Of a DNA stretch of 64,000 nt, positions 9,580 through 18,327 are shown piece after piece; position 1 is the stretch's first letter, and every line of letters starts with the position of its first letter. The stretch is from positions 330,267 through 394,266 of the IMG/VR virus record IMGVR_UViG_3300021400_002728; one strand, written 5' to 3'. Source of the stretch: a virus (taxonomy: Duplodnaviria; Heunggongvirae; Uroviricota; Caudoviricetes). A program made the position numbers and the translations under genes. The notes below the pieces were generated by a model. The model ran no database searches. It had not been told where the DNA came from and worked only from the letters and a program-made list of their open reading frames with translations.

Positions 9580-10427
9580 ACGACTCCTCTTCCTTTCAAG
9601 AAAATTAATGCTATTAATCCTATATCAATTGCTAGAACTACAATATCTAATATAGTATTGATTAGTCCACCAGTTGTACAAGTAATAGGAAGTTTGCATT
9701 TAAACCAACAATGCCCACCTATTGGTATAGGCCATAAAAGTGGTACACCACCGTCTGCGAAGAAATCCTCCAGACAGTGAAATATATAGCCAAAACCTAT
9801 GCATAAACCTAAGATTCGTAAATGATCATAATCCAAAGTAAATGTATAGAGAAGTACAAGTACTGGAAGAATATAACTTAATAGTTTAGGTAGTTTGAAT
9901 AATTTTATAATTCGATATAAGATCATATCACTACCACAAAGAACTGCCATAAATAAAACTACCATAAAGAATAAGACTGCAACATTACTTTGTAAGAATC
10001 CATCAAATGTTTCTTCTTTAATCCCACCAAATATTGTAGTTTCACCTGTAGGCATTCCAAACCAAAATAAGCATAAAATTCCACCACCTGCGACTAATGT
10101 ATGCCAAAAATATCTATGTGGAGTCATCGGCATTCTTTCTCTTCTTGTATGAACTAGTGTCCATATAATAGAGCTTGTGGATTGCATAAAGATAGTGATG
10201 ATACTTCCCATAAATCCTAAAGTAGATCCAGCAGAACTAGAACAGTTATCTAGGTCTGGAAGTAAAGCCCCACCAACAAGAACCGTTAATCCAATAATAA
10301 AGAATAAGATGTTATCTTTCAATAGCCAAAGTGTTTCTTCGAAGACATTTACAGGAATAAGCAAACAAATGCATAAAAACATCACGGACAATAGTGCGTG
10401 CGTTTTTCCCATAAATCCCTTAACCAT
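9576..10427 (-). CDS. YdjM-like membrane-bound metal-dependent hydrolase
   Basis: MGKTH, GALLPDLD, HRYFWH and HCLEDFFADGGVPLLWP motifs; multiple TM segments. Confidence 0.8.
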   Translation of the reverse strand: MVKGFMGKTHALLSVMFLCICLLIPVNVFEETLWLLKDNILFFIIGLTVLVGGALLPDLDNCSSSAGSTLGFMGSIITIFMQSTSSIIWTLVHTRRERMPMTPHRYFWHTLVAGGGILCLFWFGMPTGETTIFGGIKEETFDGFLQSNVAVLFFMVVLFMAVLCGSDMILYRIIKLFKLPKLLSYILPVLVLLYTFTLDYDHLRILGLCIGFGYIFHCLEDFFADGGVPLLWPIPIGGHCWFKCKLPITCTTGGLINTILDIVVLAIDIGLIALIFLKGRGVV

Positions 10428-10455
10428 TGTTTTAATTTCCTTTCTCTTAAAATAG

Positions 10456-10487
10456 ATGACGACCGCATATTGCTATACGGCCGCCAT
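10456..10487 (-). terminator. Probable intrinsic terminator after the 1306-aa gene
   Basis: ATGGCGGCCGTAT/ATGCGGTCGTCAT stem followed by CTATTTT. Confidence 0.5.
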
Positions 10488-10497
10488 ATAAGTAGTT

Positions 10498-13400
10498 TTA
10501 CTGTCTACCGCCATTATTATCAGTGTTATTTCCATAAATACCACTAATTGTACGACGATCTTGACGCATTGCGTCCATTCTAGCTTCATCAGCTGTGTAC
10601 TCAGATTTCTGTGCACCATGCTCATGACTGATAGATTGAGTCTTCTGATCAATAATATCATTCATTGCCTGCTGAGCTCTCATAGCTTCACCTTGTCTAG
10701 CTTCAGATGCTGATACAGTTTCTCTCTGATTGATTACAGAACTCATATCAGGTTGCTGCTGTGGTGTAGTACCATACATTCCTGCTGCGACATTTCTCTG
10801 AGGAGGAGTGTTAGGTCTAGTTGGAACAGGTCCATTAGCTCTACCAGGTTGTGGTTGTGCCTGCTGAGGTCTAGCATTTTGCATAGACTGAGGTGTAGGT
10901 CTAGCTGCCTGTTGAGGCTGCTGAGTAGGATTAGTTGCCTGTTGAGGCTGAGGTGTAGGTCTTGTTGCCTGTGGCTGCGGTCTAGACTGTTGAGGTCTAG
11001 CAGCTTGTTGAGGCTGAGGTCCAAGATTATCTAATCCTTCTAATACACTACCATCGCTCTTACCACTAGGTGTTGGTGCTTGTGCCTGTGTATTGTTATA
11101 CATAGACATTGGCTGAGGTTTAGGTTGTGCTTGAGCTTGAGGTTGTGGCTGACTCTGTGGCTGAGGTGCAGATTGAGCACCTGGCTTAGTCTTCAAGTTA
11201 ATTGTAGTTTTAGAAGCTGCTGCTTCTTGTGCGCTAACAACTGAAGCCATATCATTTCCACTGTTACTACTACTGCTACCACTACCAGAATCAGTTTTAC
11301 CATTAGGAGTATAGTTATTGATAGCACTTTGAAGCTGTTCTTGTACAGATGCAGAACGTACAACTTTACCAGCATCGGATTTAGCTTGAGCATATTGACC
11401 CTTAACTGCAGCCTTCTGCTCACCATGGGCTTCATTTTGTCTATCAACCTCTTTATTCCATGCTTCAACCGCTGCATCATACTCTTCTTGAGATTTAGCT
11501 TCTTGCATATTCTTCATTAAGCCTTCTCTAACGTGAGCATCTGCAGAATGCTTATCTTTATCATAGTGCTGAGAAACTCTATCAACAATATCTTTGATTT
11601 CTTCCTGAGCTTCTCTAGATGATTTAACATCTTCACCATTCTGAAGTTGTTTTAACTGAAGCATAGCTGCTGCCTGAGCAGATGCTGCTTCTTTATTAAG
11701 CTTCTGAGTAGATCCACGACCAATCTTACCTTGAAGAGTAGTATTATTAACTTCATCTGACATAGTATTAATAGCTGAAGTAAGTGCTGCTTCAAGCTCA
11801 TCTTTATGCTTAGCAACTGCAGCGTCTTTAGTAGCATTCTTGATCTTTTCATCAATATTACCACCTGTAGCAGAATCATAATCGATCCCACGTTTTGCCA
11901 GAGCTTCTCTAGCTGCACGCTCCTTAATAGCTTCTTTAACTTTCTCTTTTTCAGTAGTAATCTGCTGAGTCTTAGCGGCAATTTTCTTTTTATACTCAGC
12001 TAATCTAGCTTCATCTTCTTCAGCCATCTTATGAGGTTCTTCGCCTTCTTTAAGCTTAGCATTAAGTCTCTGAAGTTCTTCTCTTTGTTTAATAAGGTCT
12101 TTATAGTCAGCGTTATTCTGTAATTCTTCTAACTCTTCTCTATGACCTCTATGATCAGCTACCATACGTCTTTCTTCTTCAGTAAGCAATGCATCATCAA
12201 ATGTAGTATCACCATACTCATCTGTACCAGTAATAGCATCAGTTAAAGTACGATTAACTTCATTGTTGACTGCGGTATTTTCTTTTGCAGCTTCAGCATA
12301 CATTGCCGCACGTTTCTCTTCAACGATACTTTCAGCATTTTTACGTATCTGTGAAGCGGCAGTAGCTTTGCTAATCTGACGATCTTTATTAAGCTTAGTA
12401 TGCATTCCAATAAGACCTTCATGCTCATTACCTTCTGCAAATACTGCATTAGTACCAGTATGCATAAGCTTAGAAAGTGCATTACCTTTACGTGATTCAA
12501 CGATAGCTTTACCGTCTTTATCATAACCAACAACTTTACCTGACTTATCATAAGCATCTACTGCTTCTCTTGATTTCTGCTTAGCCCAGTTCTTAAATGC
12601 TCTTCTCTGATCAACAAGTGCTGGAGAAATATTTCTTTCAGTTCTCTCCATGACCTGTTTAATTTTCTGAGCAATTACAGGGTTAAAGTAAAGTAATAAT
12701 AGCAATAAGCCTAAAGTTGCCAATAATGCAAGAAGTGTAGGCTGGAACATTGCACATACTGTATAAAGAATAATATCAAAAATAATAGAATATATAGTAA
12801 TCTCTAAGAATGATACTAACAACATTCCGAGAATACCTTTACCAGTCTGAACTAATTTCTTATTTGATGTAAGAATTAATGGACCTGCAAGAATCATACC
12901 TAATAATGCAATAAATAACTGAATTTTAGCAATAACTACATTAAGTGCATACTTAAATAATACTACAGCTAACATTGCTAATACAACTGCAAATAATAAT
13001 AAGCATAACATTCTTGCACCACCACCAGGTGTAGCAAATGCAGCAACTGTAGTTATAATTCGCTGTTTAACTGCAGCATCAGATGTATTATTATATTGTG
13101 TTTGTAAATAAGTCATCATAGATGACATTTTATTATAACAAGATTGTGTATCTGTTGATGGATATGTTTTATTCAAACTTGTTTTACTAGTGGCACTAGA
13201 ATTAGCAAACCAATAGTAATAACCTAAGTTTTCATTAAAATCATTATGCATATTAGCACCACTTACACCAGATAAGTAGCTAGATGCCGTAGATCCGCCT
13301 GAATCACCAAACTTATCAAATTTAAGATCATCTATATGATTTGTATTAAACTGACAGCATAATTGTAAATCAATAAATGCTTTATTAACTAAAGCCATTT

Positions 13401-14418
13401 CACACATTTGTGTAACTTCTGTTTCACGAGATGCGTCAGTTATATCAATTGAAAATGCATCACCGTCACCACCTGTACTTATAGCTTCAGCAGCTGAATA
13501 CATTACTTTATTTGCTAAAGTTGATACAGTAGATCCGAGTGATGAAAGTCTACCAGTTAAACAAATACCAATTATAATAGCACCAAGTGCTATAGTACCA
13601 ATAATTTCCCAAATACCTTGAGTTTTATCTTTACCTCTAACCCATCTTATAGCAAATGCAGCTATAGTAAAGATTAAAACTATAAGACAAAAACCAGTAA
13701 ATGCCGATAATTTAGCATGATCACCATCATATAAGAAATTCTTAGTCATGGTTTCATTTAGTTTATCTAAGTGTAAAAGACTCATAATAAGATCCATACT
13801 AAGATTCTTTGCTCGTATAATAAGACTAATAATAAGAACAGCTAACCATGCAAGATGCTGTAAAATCCAATATCCAGCCATTCCTAACCACAATAAAAAT
13901 CCGGTAGTTGTTTGAGAAGCTGCATACAATCTTAATGATGTTACTCCACTAGCATTTACTTCTTCTGCTGTTGGAACATTCTTAAACCATTCTGCAGATA
14001 CACCACTACCCCAGTATTCAGCTGCACTTGGAGTATGTAATGCACCATAACTAGGATTACTACCAGTTGCAGATGTGCCATCTTCTGCGTAGTAACCTGC
14101 CCAACCTTCTACATATTCATCGTCTTCATCATAAATAGCGTCATATGGAAATTCACCATGATATGCCGCTAAACTATGAGTAGCGCCATAAGTAACATCC
14201 ATACTAACCTTTTTAACTGTTATTCCAGTAGTATCATATGGATATGTATCTACAGCAGATGAATTCATTTTATTATCTAGGTTATTCCAGTTTTTATCCG
14301 ATTTCTGAAAGCTAGTTGATGCACTGGCTATAGCAAAACTGAATATTGTACCAATCATCATTAATACTACTAACACAATAACTGGTAAAAAAGTATTTAG
14401 TATTCGTTTTTTATTCAT
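10498..14418 (-). CDS. VirB6/TcpH-like polytopic membrane protein with long coiled-coil and Q/P-rich C-terminus
   Basis: Signal-like N-terminus, about 7 TM segments around a large loop, then a long hydrophilic tail; lies downstream of the TcpC-like gene. Confidence 0.6.
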   Translation of the reverse strand: MNKKRILNTFLPVIVLVVLMMIGTIFSFAIASASTSFQKSDKNWNNLDNKMNSSAVDTYPYDTTGITVKKVSMDVTYGATHSLAAYHGEFPYDAIYDEDDEYVEGWAGYYAEDGTSATGSNPSYGALHTPSAAEYWGSGVSAEWFKNVPTAEEVNASGVTSLRLYAASQTTTGFLLWLGMAGYWILQHLAWLAVLIISLIIRAKNLSMDLIMSLLHLDKLNETMTKNFLYDGDHAKLSAFTGFCLIVLIFTIAAFAIRWVRGKDKTQGIWEIIGTIALGAIIIGICLTGRLSSLGSTVSTLANKVMYSAAEAISTGGDGDAFSIDITDASRETEVTQMCEMALVNKAFIDLQLCCQFNTNHIDDLKFDKFGDSGGSTASSYLSGVSGANMHNDFNENLGYYYWFANSSATSKTSLNKTYPSTDTQSCYNKMSSMMTYLQTQYNNTSDAAVKQRIITTVAAFATPGGGARMLCLLLFAVVLAMLAVVLFKYALNVVIAKIQLFIALLGMILAGPLILTSNKKLVQTGKGILGMLLVSFLEITIYSIIFDIILYTVCAMFQPTLLALLATLGLLLLLLYFNPVIAQKIKQVMERTERNISPALVDQRRAFKNWAKQKSREAVDAYDKSGKVVGYDKDGKAIVESRKGNALSKLMHTGTNAVFAEGNEHEGLIGMHTKLNKDRQISKATAASQIRKNAESIVEEKRAAMYAEAAKENTAVNNEVNRTLTDAITGTDEYGDTTFDDALLTEEERRMVADHRGHREELEELQNNADYKDLIKQREELQRLNAKLKEGEEPHKMAEEDEARLAEYKKKIAAKTQQITTEKEKVKEAIKERAAREALAKRGIDYDSATGGNIDEKIKNATKDAAVAKHKDELEAALTSAINTMSDEVNNTTLQGKIGRGSTQKLNKEAASAQAAAMLQLKQLQNGEDVKSSREAQEEIKDIVDRVSQHYDKDKHSADAHVREGLMKNMQEAKSQEEYDAAVEAWNKEVDRQNEAHGEQKAAVKGQYAQAKSDAGKVVRSASVQEQLQSAINNYTPNGKTDSGSGSSSSNSGNDMASVVSAQEAAASKTTINLKTKPGAQSAPQPQSQPQPQAQAQPKPQPMSMYNNTQAQAPTPSGKSDGSVLEGLDNLGPQPQQAARPQQSRPQPQATRPTPQPQQATNPTQQPQQAARPTPQSMQNARPQQAQPQPGRANGPVPTRPNTPPQRNVAAGMYGTTPQQQPDMSSVINQRETVSASEARQGEAMRAQQAMNDIIDQKTQSISHEHGAQKSEYTADEARMDAMRQDRRTISGIYGNNTDNNGGRQ
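10860..11170. repeat. Imperfect Q/P-coding repeats (QPQQA(A/T)RPT...)
   Basis: Recurring gcctgttgaggctg and gaggtgtaggtct units. Confidence 0.7.
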
Positions 14419-14435
14419 TTTACTAATTTCCTCCT

Positions 14436-14960
14436 TTAGCCAGCATTTGCGCCAGATTCATAATATTCCCATTCTTCTAATGATACACATCTTAAGAAAC
14501 TGTGCATTTTAGTTGCGTCATAACTACATACATAAGTTTTCTTTGTACCATCTTCAAACGTAGTTTCTACATAAACTTGAAACTGATTAGATGTATCTAA
14601 TATTTCTTCTGAAGAAATTTTTCCATGCGATTCTTCATCAGCAGCAGCTCTTCCATGTAATTTTGATATCATAGAAGATTTATCTGCAGCTTGTTCATTA
14701 GTAAGTCTTTCTGCATGATAAATATTGATATCACCAATTTGAATCATCTTTTCAGTAATAACTTCAGTTTCTTCTGAATTTTCTTCGACAGGATCTTTTA
14801 TATCCTCTCGATCTTTAACTTCATTATATGCATAATTATGCTCGCTAGTAGAAGGTTCTTCTTCTACAGGTCTCTTATGAAATATCGCAATACATACAAT
14901 TGCAATAACAAAGACTGAGAGAATAATAGATACTAAAATAATTTTTGTTTTTTGATTCAT
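14436..14960 (-). CDS. Single-TM hypothetical protein in the transfer operon
   Basis: N-terminal TM and acidic linker; GGAG SD. Confidence 0.7.
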   Translation of the reverse strand: MNQKTKIILVSIILSVFVIAIVCIAIFHKRPVEEEPSTSEHNYAYNEVKDREDIKDPVEENSEETEVITEKMIQIGDINIYHAERLTNEQAADKSSMISKLHGRAAADEESHGKISSEEILDTSNQFQVYVETTFEDGTKKTYVCSYDATKMHSFLRCVSLEEWEYYESGANAG

Positions 14961-14974
14961 ATCTTTTATTCTCC

Positions 14975-16345
14975 TTAAAATACATTAGCTATATAACAAA
15001 TCTGTGCAATTCCATAATTTCCATTTCTATTGCTGCCAGAATTGAGTAAAGCTCTTACTTGTATATCTTTCCAAACAAAATTTCCACTACCATCCATTGG
15101 TCCTTCATATCCTCCAGCTAATCCTCTAGCAGAATCAATTCCATACCAAAGTCCAGTAGATTCTTCATATTTAGTAATTAAGATAGCATGATTTCCTTCA
15201 CCATCTCCATCATAATCAAAATAAAGCAATATACCAGCGTCACCACAAACATTAGGATCGCATAAAAGATCTTTAATAGTATCACCAGTAATAGCTGTAC
15301 CACCTGGAGACGTATTTTCAATACATAATATTGAATCTACACCTAAAACTTGTGACCAATAAACAGCCCAAGATGAACCTGCGCCGTTATTTGGAATAGA
15401 TAAGTCAAATACCCATTTATCACTATCAGCATTAGATAAATAATAATCACTTGTAGCATCCCATGCAGATAGATCTAATGATTCATCTCTTAAATATCCC
15501 CAATTGGCCATTGTCCAACCACCTACACCATTTTTACTTGCAAATGCAGCTGCACCATTAGCTGGGCTACCACAAGTAGTATCAGTAACTGCAGATGTAC
15601 CACCATTAATTGCTTTTCTAATAGTAACAGGCGTAGATACTAATGAAGAATCAAGAGTTTCACCACACATTTGATACTGTCCAGTTTCATCCCAAAGATA
15701 ATCAAAGAAATTTAATCCTTGTGATGTATAGTATCTCATAAACATATTTGCGGTTGCACAATCAGTACATGGGCCAGAACCATCTTGTATAATATAATGT
15801 CCATTAAGGTTTTCAAGATCAAATCCTCTGTCTCCACAATATTGCTGATATACAGCAGTTTTCTTTAAAGATGCACTTGCTTCTGTATCACAATAGTAAT
15901 GTGGTGTAGGAGATACTGACTCTATTATACTAATAGCAAATAATGTACCATTATATAATACTAGTACAACAGCCGTTACAATTGCTATTGGATATGCATG
16001 TGCTGCTACCCATGAAGCAACTTTTTGAATCTTTAAAAACATCTCTTTCATTTTCTTATAAAATTCATAACTTTTAAATTTTTGAGATGCTTTATTTGCT
16101 ATAAGTCCAGCCTTACCTTTAAATCCCTTTGCATTTTTAAATTCTTGTCCAAAAGCTTTTGCATTCTTAAAGCCTTCAACAGGTTTAGAGTGCATAAATT
16201 TTTGTTTTTCGAGGTCGATTTTATCACTTACTCCCTTTTTAACGCTATCGGCAGCATTTTTTGGAGCATTATGAGCACGTTCTTTTGCATTATTAAATGC
16301 GCGTGTCCAACGATTATCGCCTCCAGTATTACTACCTTGTCCCAT
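14975..16345 (-). CDS. Membrane-anchored papain-fold (C39-like) peptidase, candidate cell-wall hydrolase
   Basis: Basic N-terminus, TM, then QDGSGPCTDCATAN (Cys), NHAILI (His) and IDSA (Asp). Confidence 0.55.
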   Translation of the reverse strand: MGQGSNTGGDNRWTRAFNNAKERAHNAPKNAADSVKKGVSDKIDLEKQKFMHSKPVEGFKNAKAFGQEFKNAKGFKGKAGLIANKASQKFKSYEFYKKMKEMFLKIQKVASWVAAHAYPIAIVTAVVLVLYNGTLFAISIIESVSPTPHYYCDTEASASLKKTAVYQQYCGDRGFDLENLNGHYIIQDGSGPCTDCATANMFMRYYTSQGLNFFDYLWDETGQYQMCGETLDSSLVSTPVTIRKAINGGTSAVTDTTCGSPANGAAAFASKNGVGGWTMANWGYLRDESLDLSAWDATSDYYLSNADSDKWVFDLSIPNNGAGSSWAVYWSQVLGVDSILCIENTSPGGTAITGDTIKDLLCDPNVCGDAGILLYFDYDGDGEGNHAILITKYEESTGLWYGIDSARGLAGGYEGPMDGSGNFVWKDIQVRALLNSGSNRNGNYGIAQICYIANVF

Positions 16346-16350
16346 AAGCG

Positions 16351-16647
16351 TTAACCCTCTCTAAGTACTGATAAAATACTCTCTTGCTGTTTCTTATTAA
16401 GACCTGAAGACAGAGATGAAATAAATCCTTTAATCTTTTCTTCATTTGCCTTAATTGAGAAATTAGCATCCTTTTTGTCAACGGTACCACTAATATCAAT
16501 ATAGTTCATACCGCCCTTCTCGTGTCGTACTGCAAGTGCAGCATTATCGAGAACATGACAACAACGTTTCTTACCTACATTCTCGTCAGAAGCATAGCAT
16601 ATACTACATCCACCGTCCTTACGAGCACGCATCATTCCCTGTGCCAT
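16351..16647 (-). CDS. Small Cys/His-containing hypothetical protein
   Basis: GGAGGTG SD before MAQG; CSICYA...GKKRCCH motif. Confidence 0.65.
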   Translation of the reverse strand: MAQGMMRARKDGGCSICYASDENVGKKRCCHVLDNAALAVRHEKGGMNYIDISGTVDKKDANFSIKANEEKIKGFISSLSSGLNKKQQESILSVLREG

Positions 16648-16669
16648 TGTCTTCACCTCCTATATTATT

Positions 16670-18046
16670 TTACATAAATTCTCTAATTACCCAAGTTCCG
16701 CCATTCTGCTCTACTAACATATATGTTTCAAGAGTATATTTGAAACCTGTATCTGTAATAATTGAATATGCAACATGTACATTATAACCTAAATAATTAG
16801 GCTCAGAATATGCCTGAAAATCTTCAATTTGAACAAACTGTGCATTATAGTTATTAAACTTACGGAAGTTCTGGAAATCCTGAGATGTATCAGTAGTTCC
16901 CTCATATAATGCTTTAAGAGTATTGTTTACCTTAGTCTGCATTTTACTTGTTGTATCTTCATCAAGAAGCTTATCTTCATCAAAAGCAAATACAGGATCT
17001 ACAGTAATCTCTTTAAAGTCAACCATATCAGTTTCTACTAATGAGTAAAGATTCATTTCATCAACAATTGCATAACCTGTAGTTACAACAGTAGTCTCAT
17101 CAGTATCATACTGATATGCAAGTTTTACTGGTACATAGAAACTGTATCTTTCTCTAATAACTTCACCAGATTCCATAATTGCACCATTACTTGTCATGTA
17201 ATAGTGTTTTGCCTCACCAGTCTGATTTACCTGATAATCAACAGATGTATTAGGAATTTCTAACTCTTCTTCAGGTTCTGGTGTAGGTGTTGCTTCAGCT
17301 ACTTCTGTTTCAGTTTTTTCAACAGGAATAGGATTTCCTTCATCATCTAATACTAATTCACCATTTTCATCTACAACATACTCAATTTCAGTCTCTTCAG
17401 TTGTTTCACCTTCAGTAGTATCAGTTACTTCTTCTGTAGGTGCTGGAGTAGGTGTAACAGTTTTTTCAACTGGTTCAGAAGTCTTAGATAAATCTGCGCC
17501 AAATCCACTTCTCTTTAACTGTTCAATAATATTTTTATCTGTAACAGGTTTATCATTCATAGTAGTAATAATATCTACTGAGAAATATACCTGTGCTAAA
17601 GTAGGACTAAGTTTTCTTACTTTGAAAATATAGCAAGAATCTTTATCAACTTCTACAGATGCAATATTTACTCCTTGACCGGCTCTATTATCGTTGTAAT
17701 ATTTTAAGAATAAGTTTTCACAATTATCTCTAATATAACCATCAAGACCTTCACTAGGATAAATATCTGTATATCTAGCACTATTAACTATACCAGCTAC
17801 ATCATCTTCGGTTAATCCTTGTTTAAAGAATGTGTTATAAGTACCAAATGTGATGAGTATACCAGAAACTAATACAATTAGCAAAGTAATGATTACTTTA
17901 TTTGTTTTCTGTTTACTATGTAATGCCTGTAATTTCTTTTGTCTTTCAAGTATAGACGCCTGAATTTCGGCTTCTTGTTCTCGCTCCTTTTTTGCACGTT
18001 CTGCTTCAAGTTCTTCAGGAGTTTTTCCTAAAACGAGTTTACCCAT
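16670..18046 (-). CDS. TcpC/VirB8-like conjugal transfer protein
   Basis: Short cytoplasmic N-terminus, single TM, then two globular domains with an acidic T/E/P insertion; first gene of a membrane-protein operon. Confidence 0.55.
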   Translation of the reverse strand: MGKLVLGKTPEELEAERAKKEREQEAEIQASILERQKKLQALHSKQKTNKVIITLLIVLVSGILITFGTYNTFFKQGLTEDDVAGIVNSARYTDIYPSEGLDGYIRDNCENLFLKYYNDNRAGQGVNIASVEVDKDSCYIFKVRKLSPTLAQVYFSVDIITTMNDKPVTDKNIIEQLKRSGFGADLSKTSEPVEKTVTPTPAPTEEVTDTTEGETTEETEIEYVVDENGELVLDDEGNPIPVEKTETEVAEATPTPEPEEELEIPNTSVDYQVNQTGEAKHYYMTSNGAIMESGEVIRERYSFYVPVKLAYQYDTDETTVVTTGYAIVDEMNLYSLVETDMVDFKEITVDPVFAFDEDKLLDEDTTSKMQTKVNNTLKALYEGTTDTSQDFQNFRKFNNYNAQFVQIEDFQAYSEPNYLGYNVHVAYSIITDTGFKYTLETYMLVEQNGGTWVIREFM

Positions 18047-18123
18047 TAAATAATTTCCTCCTATGCATGAAATATCGATTAAAGCCAGTCATTCCAACTG
18101 GCGTTGGATTTGACATTTGTATA

Positions 18124-18142
18124 TATTATTAAATAGCTCTTC
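18124..18142 (-). promoter_or_regulatory. Element-specific box (GAAGAGCTATTTAATAATA) upstream of the TcpC-like operon
   Basis: Exact match to the consensus. Confidence 0.7.
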
Positions 18143-18163
18143 ACATAAAAGATTTATTTTAAA

Positions 18164-18197
18164 GGCTATTTACATGCAGGTATATAGAAATTATAAT
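18164..18197 (+). promoter_or_regulatory. Sigma-A type promoter with no downstream ORF
   Basis: GGCTATTTACA-17 nt-TATAAT on the + strand. Confidence 0.6.
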
Positions 18198-18249
18198 TCA
18201 AATAATTAAGTGTCCTTAGTGGTCAACTAAGAATACTAGAGATATATAA

Positions 18250-18292
18250 ACGAAAACCTGATAGTAGATTTTGGTCTACTACCAGGTTTCGT
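18250..18292 (-). terminator. Terminator hairpin after the giant adhesin
   Basis: ACGAAACCTGGTAGTAGA...TCTACTATCAGGTTTTCGT followed by TTATAT. Confidence 0.75.
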
Positions 18293-18327
18293 CATAAGAT
18301 GAGAGTAAGAACTAAAACAGTTCTATA

